Assembly (NCBI GenBank): GCA_963764165.1
Contig: CAVXRD010000004.1
Coordinates: 1 to 64,000, forward strand
Source: an uncultured Verrucomicrobiae bacterium
GTDB lineage: Bacteria; Verrucomicrobiota; Verrucomicrobiia; Limisphaerales; Palsa-1400
DNA: 64,000 bases
Direction: 5' to 3'
The notes below the pieces were generated by a model. It made no database searches and was not told the DNA's origin. It saw only the letters and a program-made list of their open reading frames with translations. A program made the translations under genes and the position numbers. Every line of letters starts with the position of its first letter. Position 1 is the stretch's first letter. This document shows, one piece after another, positions 1 through 9,648 of this stretch.

Positions 1-91
1 CCGCCGAGGCGTCCGGTTGCGCGTGAAAATGCTTCTGGCGTTGTGCGTGAATAACGCCTCACCCCGGACGCCTCGGCGAGGCGTCCCTACC
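1..91. repeat. REPIN-like unit of the GTAG-type REP family (palindrome GGACGCCTCG-G-CGAGGCGTCC + CTACC), left end truncated by window
   Basis: Perfect 21-nt palindrome at 66-86 followed by CTACC (GGTAG on minus strand); inverted partial copy at 1-14; spacer resembles the copies at 7728-7817 and 20536-20637. Confidence 0.85.
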
Positions 92-268
92 AATCAACGA
101 GCTGGCGCTCGTTGATTTTCAATAGATTACAAGAATTAAGATGCGTCTGCCCTGCCCACGCGCTCGCGAATCCATCCCTTCACCCGCCGATACTGTGATG
201 GCAACCGTGGCACGCCCTCCGGGTGCGTGTGATTTTTGGGACGTTGCATCCGGTGGTGCCGCTTCGCT

Positions 269-1568
269 CACTCGTGTCCAGTTAAGGCGTTGCCAACGCG
301 CCCAAAGTCGTTGATTATCGCAGGGTTGGGGAATTTGGGGTTTGTTCTCGATATCCAGTTTGGAAGCGGGTTTGCTGGGCAAATGCCTTCCCACCAAAAC
401 GTGTTTTCCCAATTAACCGATCTCCTTTATCCGTCCGAATTTCGGCGTTGCGCTGAGGCCTTTCCCATGAAGCGCTCCTCGCGCTCGTTCAGCGCCTACG
501 ACCATTTCCTGGCTCTGTGTTTCGGACAATTGACTTACCGTGAGAGTCTGCGCGACATTGTTGCCTGCCTGCAGGCCCGTCCACGCATGCAGTATCATTT
601 GGGCTTTCGGGGAAGGATCACACGGACCAATCTGGCTTACTCCAACGAAAACCGGGATTGGCGGGTCTTTGCCGGAGTGGCCGAAGTGCTGATGCGGCGC
701 GCCCGCGCGCTTTACCAGCCTGAAAACGCAGACCCGGATTTTCCCGCCGTCGCGCTGGCTTTGGACAGCTCCATCATTCATCTGAGCATCAAAATCTTTC
801 CTTGGGCCTATTGGGGACGGTCCCGCGCCGGCGCGATGAAGCTCCACACGATGCTGTCCTTCCGGGGGGACCTGCCGGTGTGGGCGGCGCTCACGGAAGC
901 CTCTGTTCCCGACGTGAAAATGCTCGACCAGATTCCCTTGGAGCGCGGCGCCTTCCATGTGATGGACCGGGCCTATTTGGATTTCGCCAGGCTGATGAAT
1001 GTGGAAACCGCCGGGGCCAAATTCGTCGTGCGCAACAAGCGGCAGATCAAATTCAGGGTGAAGGCATCTCGCGTCGTTGACAAGGATGGCGGTTTGCGGT
1101 GCGATCAAACCATTCGCTTGACTGGCGAAGACTCCAAAGGCCGGTATCCGGTTCCGCTCAGGCGAGTGGTTTTTCGGGACGCGCTGGAAGAGCGCACGCT
1201 GGTGTTTCTGACCAATGATTTCGAACTGCCTCCTCTGACCATTTGTGAATTATACAAAAAGCGATGGAGGGTGGAGCTGTTCTTCAAATGGATCAAGCAG
1301 CACCTGCGGATCCGCCGCTTCATCGGCCATTCCCGCAACGCCATTCAATGCCAGATATGGTGCGCCATTTGCACTTACCTCTTGGTGGCCATCGCCAAAA
1401 AGCATTGGAAATTGGAGAAAAGTCTGTATGAAATCCTGCAAATTTTCAGCGTCAGCGCGTTTGAGCAAACCCCTCTGGGTGAGCTGCTTGCAACAAACGC
1501 CATTTCCGAAAACGATTCGGAAAGTCGTAACACATTGCCTTTGTTTCACTTATAACTGGACACGCATG
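269..1568 (+). mobile_element. IS4-family insertion sequence (1300 bp)
   Basis: Terminal IRs CACTCGTGTCCAGTTA (269-284) / TAACTGGACACGCATG (1553-1568), 14/16 match; 9-bp target duplication CGCTTCGCT at 260-268 and 1569-1577. Confidence 0.9.
383..1555 (+). CDS. IS4-family DDE transposase (DUF4372-like N-terminus)
   Basis: Motifs ALDSS, MKLH, VMDRAY, FLTN, YKKRWRVELFFKWIKQHL; start moved to ATG 383 inside the IS ends. Confidence 0.92.
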   Translation: MPSHQNVFSQLTDLLYPSEFRRCAEAFPMKRSSRSFSAYDHFLALCFGQLTYRESLRDIVACLQARPRMQYHLGFRGRITRTNLAYSNENRDWRVFAGVAEVLMRRARALYQPENADPDFPAVALALDSSIIHLSIKIFPWAYWGRSRAGAMKLHTMLSFRGDLPVWAALTEASVPDVKMLDQIPLERGAFHVMDRAYLDFARLMNVETAGAKFVVRNKRQIKFRVKASRVVDKDGGLRCDQTIRLTGEDSKGRYPVPLRRVVFRDALEERTLVFLTNDFELPPLTICELYKKRWRVELFFKWIKQHLRIRRFIGHSRNAIQCQIWCAICTYLLVAIAKKHWKLEKSLYEILQIFSVSAFEQTPLGELLATNAISENDSESRNTLPLFHL

Positions 1569-1713
1569 CGCTTCGCTCAACCACCGGCTACACTCTGGAA
1601 ATCCCATCCGGGATTTTTTGAAGGCAGACGCGTCAATTACGATTGCTGATCTCTCCGCGACAAGACGAGGATTCAACTTCCAAACTGCCGGGATTTCGGC
1701 AATATCCGTTCCC

Positions 1714-1810
1714 GATGCCGGTGGCATCCAAGAGTGTAGCCGGTGGTCGAGCGAAGCGAACACCACCGGAAAAGAAGTTTCTTAATGAACCGCACCCCGG
1801 CGGGGTGCCA
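1714..1810 (-). repeat. ~100-bp multi-hairpin REP-like repeat flanking the Y1 transposase (left copy)
   Basis: Core TAGCCGGTGGTCGAGCGAAGCGAACACCACCGGA plus hairpins ATGCCGGTGGCAT and CGCACCCCGGCGGGGTGCCA; inverted relative to the copies at 2281-2378 and 208-1616 (split by IS4). Confidence 0.75.
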
Positions 1811-1824
1811 GAGTATTTGCCTTT

Positions 1825-2271
1825 ATGCCATCGACGCATACGAACCTCCTCTACCACCTCATTTTTGCCACCCGGGAACGGAAGCCAATGATCACCGAGG
1901 CATGGCGTCAGCGACTTCACAAATATTTAGCCGGCATCGTCGTTGGTTTGGATGGCACGCCGCAATGTGTTGGGGGCGTTGCCGATCACCTTCACCTTTT
2001 GGTTGGTTTGAAGCCAACCCACCGCCTCTCGGATTTTATGCGCGATCTGAAGAAATCATCGTCCGCCTGGGTGACGGAGGAAATTGGGGAAGTGGGGTTT
2101 GCGTGGCAGGAAGGTTACGCGGCGTTCACCGTTAGTGCCTCGGCGAGCGAGGCGGTGTGGAAATATATAAACGGCCAGGAGGAGCATCACCGGCAGAAGA
2201 CGTTTCGGGAGGAATTGGTGGAATTTTTGGGGAAATCCGGTGTGAAATACGATCCACGTTATTTGGATTGA
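1825..2271 (+). CDS. tnpA: IS200/IS605-superfamily Y1 (HUH) transposase, RAYT-like
   Basis: YHLIFAT, DHLHLL (HUH), FAWQEGY and catalytic Y in KYINGQ; flanked by inverted REP-like repeats; no tnpB adjacent. Confidence 0.9.
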   Translation: MPSTHTNLLYHLIFATRERKPMITEAWRQRLHKYLAGIVVGLDGTPQCVGGVADHLHLLVGLKPTHRLSDFMRDLKKSSSAWVTEEIGEVGFAWQEGYAAFTVSASASEAVWKYINGQEEHHRQKTFREELVEFLGKSGVKYDPRYLD

Positions 2272-2280
2272 GCCGGATTC

Positions 2281-2378
2281 TGGCACCCACTATCGGGGCG
2301 CATTCGGAACTCTCATTCGTTATCCGGTAGTGCCGCTTCGCTCAACCACCGGCTGCAATCTTTAATGCCTCCGGCATT
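2281..2378 (+). repeat. REP-like repeat flanking the Y1 transposase (right copy)
   Basis: TGGCACCC...GGGGCGCA, TCCGGTAGTGCCGCTTCGCTCAACCACCGGCT and AATGCCTCCGGCATT match the other copies. Confidence 0.75.
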
Positions 2379-2419
2379 CGGGGTGAAAACCTCCGAAAAC
2401 AAAATGCGTTCGTCCTGCC

Positions 2420-3838
2420 TCAACCCTTTTCCCCGCTCGCGGGAGCGGCATTGGTTGCAGGCTTCACCGGTCGCGGTGGTGGCAGGGCAAATCCCGGCGG
2501 TCGCGGTTGTTTTGTTTTAACAGCCGGGACATTAGTGCATACCGCCGAAAGCGATCCGTCCGCGCCGTGCCGGATTTCAACGTGCGCCTGCTGGCTAAAA
2601 AGTTCCTCAAAAAGCTCCATGGCTTGGGATTTTGTAAGCTGAAATGAAGTTCTGACGCTGATCATTTCCTGAGGCAGCCCGGAAGGGGGAAGAGCCACTT
2701 TCTTTCCGGCCAACCCCTCGTAGATTCCAAGCGCCGACTGCACTGGAAGAGACACAAAATTGTAGGCAATGTCGGCTTTTTCGATCGGTGTTGCCGCTGC
2801 AATTGGGTCGCCAGAGTCGTCAGCCTGCGCTACAGCCACGAGAGGATATTCAAACCTGAGGTCGACATCGCTGGCGGTGGCAGGCGTGCTGGGATCAATT
2901 TCCCTCAATGCGCCCACCGCAGCTATGCGGACAGACAGATTTACATCCTTGGTTAACACCCACAATTGCGGAACACTTTCCGCGGCCAAGCCCTTAAATC
3001 TGCCGATGCGGCTGGCCGACTCCGAGACGATTTCCGGGTCTGAAGCAAAGAGTTGCCGGGCTAGTATGGGCAGTGAATTCGTTGAGGATTGAACAGCAAA
3101 GCTCCCCCACGCTGTCCGCCGCATATAGATGCGCGGATCATCCAATAACGGCGCCAACACCGGAGCAATCTCCGTCGATGTGGGACGGGTCAGATTCCAA
3201 TATTCCACGATGGCGCGTAAAATTGTGGCGTCGTCTTGCCTTGCAAGTTCGCTTGAAATCAACAAAGCCATCGCCGTGTCACATCCATTGCGGTTCAAAA
3301 TCGATGTGACCGCGAACGAATTTGCCCGCGCCTCGGGAAGCGCCATCCACATTCTGAGCAGAGATCGCGCCTCGTCTTCCGTCACACCCATACCCAGCCC
3401 GTCCTTCACAATTTCGTGCCCCGTGTAAATTGAATTGCTTGACAACAACGCGAAGACCGTCGGAAGCGCTGGCCTTGCCGCCGCCCCCATCAAACTCAGC
3501 AAATCCAGAGCCTGGAGCTGTTTCTGCCACGCCGAAAGCCCAATAACGCGCCGCAGGATTGGCGCGAGAAACATATGCCGCCGCGCAAGGGTCACCATTC
3601 GCGCCCGATACTTCCAATCGGTGCTCTTGAGCCTGGCCACAAGATCAGGCACGATGTTTGTATCGAGTAATTGGATGAGTTCGGGCGATTTTGGCTGATT
3701 CTTGTCCAGCCACCAGCTCACCGGACGGCCGCTGTAGACGCGTTCGCGGCAAAGAAAAGACACAAGCGCGAAGATGGCGAGGGACGCCGCGAGCATCCCA
3801 ACCGCGACTCTCGATTTTTTTGACACCCGCTTTGTCAT
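2420..3838 (-). CDS. Membrane-anchored HEAT-repeat protein with C-terminal secretin-N0-like domain
   Basis: N-terminal TM helix; HEAT-like repeats (LAPLLDDPRIYMRRTA, VRIAAVGALREID); C-terminal YNFVSLPVQSALGIYEGLAGK resembles GspD N0. Confidence 0.6.
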   Translation of the reverse strand: MTKRVSKKSRVAVGMLAASLAIFALVSFLCRERVYSGRPVSWWLDKNQPKSPELIQLLDTNIVPDLVARLKSTDWKYRARMVTLARRHMFLAPILRRVIGLSAWQKQLQALDLLSLMGAAARPALPTVFALLSSNSIYTGHEIVKDGLGMGVTEDEARSLLRMWMALPEARANSFAVTSILNRNGCDTAMALLISSELARQDDATILRAIVEYWNLTRPTSTEIAPVLAPLLDDPRIYMRRTAWGSFAVQSSTNSLPILARQLFASDPEIVSESASRIGRFKGLAAESVPQLWVLTKDVNLSVRIAAVGALREIDPSTPATASDVDLRFEYPLVAVAQADDSGDPIAAATPIEKADIAYNFVSLPVQSALGIYEGLAGKKVALPPSGLPQEMISVRTSFQLTKSQAMELFEELFSQQAHVEIRHGADGSLSAVCTNVPAVKTKQPRPPGFALPPPRPVKPATNAAPASGEKG

Positions 3839-3873
3839 CCATCACCCGCCTGCTTCACTGAGTTCTCGCTGGG

Positions 3874-5383
3874 TCAGCCATTTGGATTCTTGAGCCGCCC
3901 CGGTTCCCGCTGCCCCGAGCCCACGCGCTTGGTGAATTTGTCGCCCAAATCGGCGCGGGCTTTTTCGGCTTCGGCTTCAAGCAATTTCACGATGTCGGGA
4001 TGCTGCGCGGAAACGTCGGTCGTTTCGCTGATGTCGGACGTCAGGTCGAAAAGCTCCTCTTTCTCTAGTTTGATGTGCGCGTAGGGGACGGGAACTCCAT
4101 TGGTGCCGCCGGGTTTGCCGTCAAGAGACTGGTAGGTGTGCGGGAATTGAAGTTTCCAATGGCCGTCGCCGGTGGTGACTGCCTGGAGATCGTTCACCTC
4201 GTAATAAAACCAGTACCGATTCGTGCGGATTTTTCGCGCCGGGCTGCTGGGAAATAATTGGCCAGACATTCGTGCCGTCGATCTTGTGGCTCGGAAGTTC
4301 CGCACCGACCAATTTCGCGATGGTGGGATACAAATCGATGCTCATCAGCATGGTCCATGAATCGGAGCCAGCCGGAATTTTGCCGGGCCAGCGCATGATG
4401 CACGGCTCGCGCGTCCCGCCTTCCCAATTGGTCCCCTTCCCTTCGCGCAGCGGCTTGGCCGAACCCGCGTGATTGCCGTAGCAAAGCCACGGGCCGTTGT
4501 CCGAAGTAAATATAACGAGCGTATTCTCATCCAGCCCGTTGCGTTTCAGCGCCTCGAGAATCTGGCCCGCCGACCAATCGATTTCCTCAATCACATCACC
4601 GTATAGGCCGCGCTTGGTTTTGCCGCGAAACTTCTCGCTCACACCCAGCGGCACATGGGGCATGCTGTGCGCCACGTAAAGGAAGAATGGATGATCCTTG
4701 TTCTTGTCAATAAAACGGACGGCGCGCTCTGTGTACCATGTTGTCAAATGATTCAAGTCATCGATGGACATTTCCGGGCGGAAAATTTTATCATTTTCCC
4801 AGATCGGAAGATTCGGATACTCGCGCTTGATCGCGGCGATATTGGCGGGAAGGTTCGTGATCAAACTCGGATGATCCGGCCAGTAATCCACCGACATGGG
4901 CAGGCCGAAATATTCGTCAAAGCCGTGGCGCAACGGCATGAATTGCGGCGAATCCCCCAAATGCCATTTGCCAAACATGGCGGTGGCGTAACCTCGCTTT
5001 TTCAAGAGCTGAGCCAGCGTGGTTTCCTGGTCGCTGATGCCCACTTTGGTGTGCGGCCCAAGAGCGCCGTGAATGCCGAGGCGGTTGGGATAACAGCCCG
5101 TCAGCAGCGCGCATCGCGAGGCGGAGCAGACCGGTTGCGCGACGTGAAAATTTCTGAAAATCGCCCCCTGATCCGCCATGCGATCCAGGTTCGGCGTCTC
5201 AAAACCCTCCGCCCCAAATTTCCCTACGTCCGCATAACCCTGGTCGTCGGTAAAAATGATAACGATGTTAGGCGTTGAGGAATCCCCATGCGCGAGCGGT
5301 GCAATGAAGAACGCCGCCGCAAAAAGTATGGTGCGCAAGTAATTGATGGGCGAAATAGTATAGTGCGGCGGGGCGGTTGACAA
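3874..5383 (-). pseudogene. Arylsulfatase A-family sulfatase, split by a +1 frameshift near 4216
   Basis: [20 protein letters not shown] formylglycine motif, GKWHLG, FTSDNGP in 4121..5383; C-terminal YWFYY...WKL...ELFDL domain continues in frame 3874..4305. May be a sequencing error. Confidence 0.8.
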
Positions 5384-5449
5384 CCGCAGTTTGAGTTAGG
5401 CCGTGAGACTGCGCGCGACTGGAAGTGAGTGGTGCGCGCAGATTGTTTT

Positions 5450-5623
5450 GCGGAGCGCGGCTGTGTCGAAGACCAGCCGCAGCAGCGTGGCAACAATTTG
5501 CGCGTTGGAAAGAGTTCCAAGCCCCGAAGTTTTGATATGCTTATCGGAAATGTCCAACAAGGTGATTCGTTTTCGGTCGCTTGAGTGTTGCTGCGGCTGG
5601 TCTCCGACACAGCCGCGCTCCGC
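5450..5623. repeat. REPIN-like inverted repeat pair (second REP family)
   Basis: 35-bp IR GCGGAGCGCGGCTGTGTCG(A/G)AGACCAGCCGCAGCA at 5450-5484 and 5589-5623, one mismatch. Confidence 0.8.
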
Positions 5624-5776
5624 CTGTCGGACTGCAGCGCTCGCTGGCCACGGACTGATTCAGCGGCGGGACGCCGCTGCCGCTTTGATTCTGTTTTGAT
5701 TTTGTTTTATTGACAACCTGAATTGCCTTGGCTATTGACCTTCGCGTCGTCGATTGAACAGAAGGAATCTGCTCGT

Positions 5777-6202
5777 ATGAAAAAAGCCAGCCAATTTCTC
5801 AAAAGATCGCCTGCGGCGCAGTTGTTGCGCATCGGAGGCGATAAACTGCGGATGGTTCAATTCCAAGATTATTTGGATACATCAAGTCCAAGCGGAAATC
5901 GCGCGGCTTCCCTCAATCTGGTTAACGCCACGCTTTCAGACGCGAATGACGCTCCGATTTTTACAGGGCAGGTCATCGTGCGGATAACCACCGCGATCCC
6001 GCCAGTGTCCCTCCAAATCATCGCCAGCCTTTTGATTCCAGTGGCCGGATTTTTTGTTATTGTCGTCAATGGCACTTACCAAGTTGTGACTTCCAGCAAT
6101 TACGCTGAGGTCATAGCAGACACAGTCCTGACAACCAATATTCAGCCAATCACCAGAAATTCCGCCCGGGGCAAATTATTTAAACTGCCCGTACCGTCCT
6201 GA
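5777..6202 (+). CDS. Hypothetical protein
   Basis: 141-aa ORF from ATG with AAGGA upstream; lower GC than neighbours; no motif recognised. Confidence 0.45.
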   Translation: MKKASQFLKRSPAAQLLRIGGDKLRMVQFQDYLDTSSPSGNRAASLNLVNATLSDANDAPIFTGQVIVRITTAIPPVSLQIIASLLIPVAGFFVIVVNGTYQVVTSSNYAEVIADTVLTTNIQPITRNSARGKLFKLPVPS

Positions 6203-6232
6203 TCGATCCAAGCGATTTGACTCAGCAGGTCC

Positions 6233-6258
6233 GGACGCCTCGGTGAGGCGTTGCTACC
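6233..6258. repeat. Degenerate GTAG-type REP
   Basis: GGACGCCTCGGTGAGGCGTTGCTACC. Confidence 0.65.
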
Positions 6259-6326
6259 TTTCGTCTTGCTTACGACGGCGGGTTCTTCGAGCATCCTGCG
6301 GTCATGCGCCGCGTACGCCGAGTCAA

Positions 6327-7052
6327 ATGAAAATCTCCGTCATCGTCCCTGCTTTCAACGAGGAAAAATTGATCGCGGAATCGCTCACCTGCATGAAGGC
6401 AGCTTCGCACAGTTTCACGCGCCGCGGATGGGAAACCGAACTCGTTGTCTGCGACAACAATTCCACCGACGCCACCCCTGCCCTCGCCCGCGCCGCCGGG
6501 GCGAAAGTCGTTTTCGAGCCGGTCAACCAAATCGCCCGGGCGCGGAACGCCGGGGCGGCGGCAGCCACAGGAGATTGGTTTGTTTTTGTCGACGCCGATT
6601 CGCGGCCAACCGCGGAGTTGTTCGACGCCGTTGCGAATGAAATCGAATCCGGCCGCTGCCTTGCCGGCGGCTGCGTTGTCCGCATGGATGCGCGGTATTT
6701 CTGGAGTGATTGCCTCGTCGGCGTTTGGAACACTTCCAGCCGGATCATGAAGTGGGCGGCGGGCGCGTTCATTTTTTGCGAGGCGGCGGCGTTTCGCAAG
6801 ATTGGCGGCTTCAGCAACGAGCTGTTCGCCTCGGAAGAAATCGATCTCAGCAAGCGGCTGAAAGCGCTGGGGCGCGAGACAGGAAAACGCATGGTCATCA
6901 TCAAGCATCCACCGCTGGTGACTTCCGCGCGGAAAGTCCGGCTCCTAAGCGGGGCTGATCTGGCGAAGCTTTTCACGAGCGTCATCCTCCGCCCACGCCA
7001 ATCCGTGCGGAGCAAAAAAGACTGCGCGCCGTGGTACGACGGCAGGCGTTAG
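6327..7052 (+). CDS. Glycosyltransferase family 2
   Basis: MKISVIVPAFNEE, VCDNNSTD, ARNAGA, FVDAD motifs. Confidence 0.9.
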   Translation: MKISVIVPAFNEEKLIAESLTCMKAASHSFTRRGWETELVVCDNNSTDATPALARAAGAKVVFEPVNQIARARNAGAAAATGDWFVFVDADSRPTAELFDAVANEIESGRCLAGGCVVRMDARYFWSDCLVGVWNTSSRIMKWAAGAFIFCEAAAFRKIGGFSNELFASEEIDLSKRLKALGRETGKRMVIIKHPPLVTSARKVRLLSGADLAKLFTSVILRPRQSVRSKKDCAPWYDGRR

Positions 7053-7082
7053 CAGCCCGTTTAAAACCGTGAAAGTTGAAAA

Positions 7083-7180
7083 TGTAGCGATTTGTTACCG
7101 AGTTGTTACCGGTTTGTAGCTGCTTAAATTACTGGCGCTCAACGATGTAACCGATGTTACCTATTTTTGGACTTATATAT
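7083..7180 (+). repeat. Phased short-repeat array (4+2 TGT(A/T)(G/A)C units)
   Basis: Units at 7083, 7093, 7104, 7115, 7146, 7155; same architecture as 45618-45716. Confidence 0.65.
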
Positions 7181-7227
7181 ATTCGTCATATCTTACCGCT
7201 TATCGCGATCGTCGCCACCTTTTGACC

Positions 7228-7626
7228 CTACGCCAATTCTTTGCTGGACGGACGTTCGAGCAGTTCAATTTCGTAACCCTCGGGCGCGTCAATAAAAGCA
7301 AAGCCGCCGCCGCCCGGACGCAAATGCGGGCCGTCCGAATACTTAATTCCCAGTTTCTCAAGGTGTTTGCCGAATTCCTCAAGGCTCTCGACGTCGAAGG
7401 CAAGATGCGTCAGATCCGGCTGCACTTGGACTGGGCCGCTGCTGGGATAGCAGCAAATTTCGATGAGTTCCTCGCTTTCCGGCGCTTTGAGGAAAACCAG
7501 CTCGGAGCCGCGCGGGGATTTGCTGCGCCGCGTTTCTTGCAACCCGAGAACTTCCTTATAAAACTTGATCGTCGTTTCCAGATCGCTGACGCGATAGCGA
7601 GTGTGATTGAGTCGTTTTACTTGCAT
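7228..7626 (-). CDS. VOC/glyoxalase family protein
   Basis: LNHTRYRVSDLE..FYKEVLGL, HLAFDV, FIDAPEGYEIEL; ATG at 7626. Confidence 0.88.
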   Translation of the reverse strand: MQVKRLNHTRYRVSDLETTIKFYKEVLGLQETRRSKSPRGSELVFLKAPESEELIEICCYPSSGPVQVQPDLTHLAFDVESLEEFGKHLEKLGIKYSDGPHLRPGGGGFAFIDAPEGYEIELLERPSSKELA

Positions 7627-7727
7627 GCCGTAACATAGCGAGTTTGCGATGGAAGGCAAACGCGCATCAGAGCCGGGGCGTGCCTGCGGCAAGGCAGGGC
7701 GAGGCTGCCAACGAACTGTCTTGTGGA

Positions 7728-7817
7728 GGTAGGGACGCCTCGCCGAGGCGTCCGGGCGAGGCGTCGTTGAACGGTGCGGCCCACAAAAACTTTCACGCGC
7801 AACCGGACGCCTCGGCG
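7728..7817. repeat. GTAG-type REPIN whose right REP is interrupted by IS1182 (remainder at 9501-9517)
   Basis: GGTAGGGACGCCTCGCCGAGGCGTCC at 7728-7753; GGACGCCTCGGCG at 7805-7817 continues as GGCGAGGCGTCCCTACC at 9501-9517. Confidence 0.88.
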
Positions 7818-9500
7818 GAGACTGTCTCAAAACGTTTTAGTCTGGCCGATCTGGTTATATGGGCACCAATAGGGGCTGTGGAAACGGGTGTCAACTTTTA
7901 GTTGTCAGAGCGTGGCTGGCGTCAGCGATGACGCCAAGCTTCCCTTTCCCTCCTTTTTTAGGCCGCCATCGCCAAATTTCCTTCAACCGCGGCGGTTTTG
8001 ACTTCCATTTTCGGCGTCTGGACCCGGGCCTGCCACTTTTTATAGAGGATTCGCAGGTTCAAGGTGGCGCATAACAAGGCCCATTGGGCTTGCACGGCTT
8101 CCAGACCCCAAACTGTCCAACGCCGAAAGCCGTCGTGTTGCTTGAGCTGCCCAAACCGGCGTTCGATGATCTCTTTGCGCTTTCCATAAAGCGCGGCGGG
8201 TCCTGGCTCTTGCAGCCGGGCCCGCATGGCTTGCACCAGCGTGGTGTGCGGCCACACTTCGACTTGCCGCCCTTTGGGATCGCGGCTGCAGAGGGCGCGC
8301 ACGGGACAGTCTCGGTGATGGCAGCGGAAGCGCTCAACGGTCTGGCCTTTCTTGGTGGTCTGGCCTTCGTGGTCCAGAAGGCGCTCTTGCGGGCAGGTGA
8401 CGGTGTGGGCCGCCTCGTCATAATGAAAATGCTGCGTCGCGTAGGCGTTGTCGTGGGCTGGCTTGCCCTCCGCCGGCGGGGCCAGCACATTCATCTGCTG
8501 TTCCACGGCCGCTTTCAAGTCGGCCCCGCCCCCATAGCCGGCGTCGGCGGCGGTGAGGGTTGGAATGGCCGCCGGACCGAGGTTTTGCCTCGCTTCTTCA
8601 ATCATGGGGACCAGCTGGCCGGCGTCGGTTTCCTGGCGGGTGGCTTGACAGGCGACCATGATGCCCTCCTGGCTGTCGGCCACCGCCTGGGCGTTGTAGG
8701 CAAAGCGGTTGGTGTCGCCGACTTTCATCCGGCGCGCCTCCGGTTCGGCTGGATGGTAATGGTGGCGCCCGTCGGCCTGCAGCTGGGCCAGGCCTTTTTT
8801 GATTTCCTCGCGCAGGGCCTGGCGCTGGGCCAACCCGGCGGGCAGCCGGCAGCCCGGTGCGCTGGAATCCTGGTTCTCCGCCACGACTTTGAGCTCGATT
8901 TCCTCCAAGGCGCCATCCAGCTGGGCCAGGAGCTTCTCCATGTAAACCTTGCTCCAGCCCTGCGGCCCGCTGCAGGCGGCTTGAATCTTGGTGCCGTCCA
9001 ACGCTTGCAAGGCAAATCCCACCGCCCCGGTGCGGAGGGCCAGCTGCACGGTTTGCTTGAAAACCTGGCGCAGGGCCTTTTTGTTTCCGTCCCAGAACCG
9101 CCAGAGGCTGTTGTGGTCGGGGGCGTTGAGCCCCGTCAGCCACAGCAGCGAGACATGCTCCGTGCAGGCGGTTTCCAGCTTGCGGGTGGAGCGAATGCGG
9201 TGGAAATAACCGTAAAGCCAAATCTTGAGCAGGAGGCTGGGGGCATAGGGCGGACGGCCTTCGGCGGCGGCGGGAATGACAAACCCAAGCTGGGGCAGAT
9301 CCAACTGGTCGACAAATTCGCGCAGGAAGCGGGCGGGATGGTCGGCGGACACCCAGTCCTCCAGGGCGGGCGGGAGGAGGAACTGCTGTCCGTAATCAGG
9401 GGCAATCGGTTGAGCCATATTTGTTGAACGGCATTGTCAACTAAAGGCTCACATATTGTCAAATACATTCCTCAAAAAACAGAAGTTTTGAGACAATCTC
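7818..9500 (-). mobile_element. IS1182-family insertion sequence (1683 bp)
   Basis: IRs GAGACTGTCTCAAAAC (7818-7833) / GTTTTGAGACAATCTC (9485-9500); 4-bp duplication GGCG at 7814-7817 and 9501-9504. Confidence 0.92.
7958..9418 (-). CDS. IS1182-family transposase
   Basis: GRPPYAP..LLKIWLYGY, PDHNSLWRF, LDGTKIQA, YNAQ, ADAGY, Cys-rich insert, RKEIIERRFGQLK. Confidence 0.93.
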   Translation of the reverse strand: MAQPIAPDYGQQFLLPPALEDWVSADHPARFLREFVDQLDLPQLGFVIPAAAEGRPPYAPSLLLKIWLYGYFHRIRSTRKLETACTEHVSLLWLTGLNAPDHNSLWRFWDGNKKALRQVFKQTVQLALRTGAVGFALQALDGTKIQAACSGPQGWSKVYMEKLLAQLDGALEEIELKVVAENQDSSAPGCRLPAGLAQRQALREEIKKGLAQLQADGRHHYHPAEPEARRMKVGDTNRFAYNAQAVADSQEGIMVACQATRQETDAGQLVPMIEEARQNLGPAAIPTLTAADAGYGGGADLKAAVEQQMNVLAPPAEGKPAHDNAYATQHFHYDEAAHTVTCPQERLLDHEGQTTKKGQTVERFRCHHRDCPVRALCSRDPKGRQVEVWPHTTLVQAMRARLQEPGPAALYGKRKEIIERRFGQLKQHDGFRRWTVWGLEAVQAQWALLCATLNLRILYKKWQARVQTPKMEVKTAAVEGNLAMAA

Positions 9501-9648
9501 GGCGAGGCGTCCCTACCTACAAAGGCGAATTTTGTTCGTCGGAACCTCTCACCGATTCGCTGGCTGGGGCCTCCCGCCGATCTGTCCCATCTTAATGTGA
9601 GCGATGCGAGAAATGGGAATCATGGGACGGCTCGGCAGGAGCCTCGCC

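Noticed and set aside
1825..2271. IS605-type TnpB / RNA-guided system
   Set aside because: No tnpB or IscB-like ORF nearby
8084..9427. 447-aa ORF on + strand
   Set aside because: Antisense shadow of the IS1182 transposase; no motifs, typical of high-GC DNA
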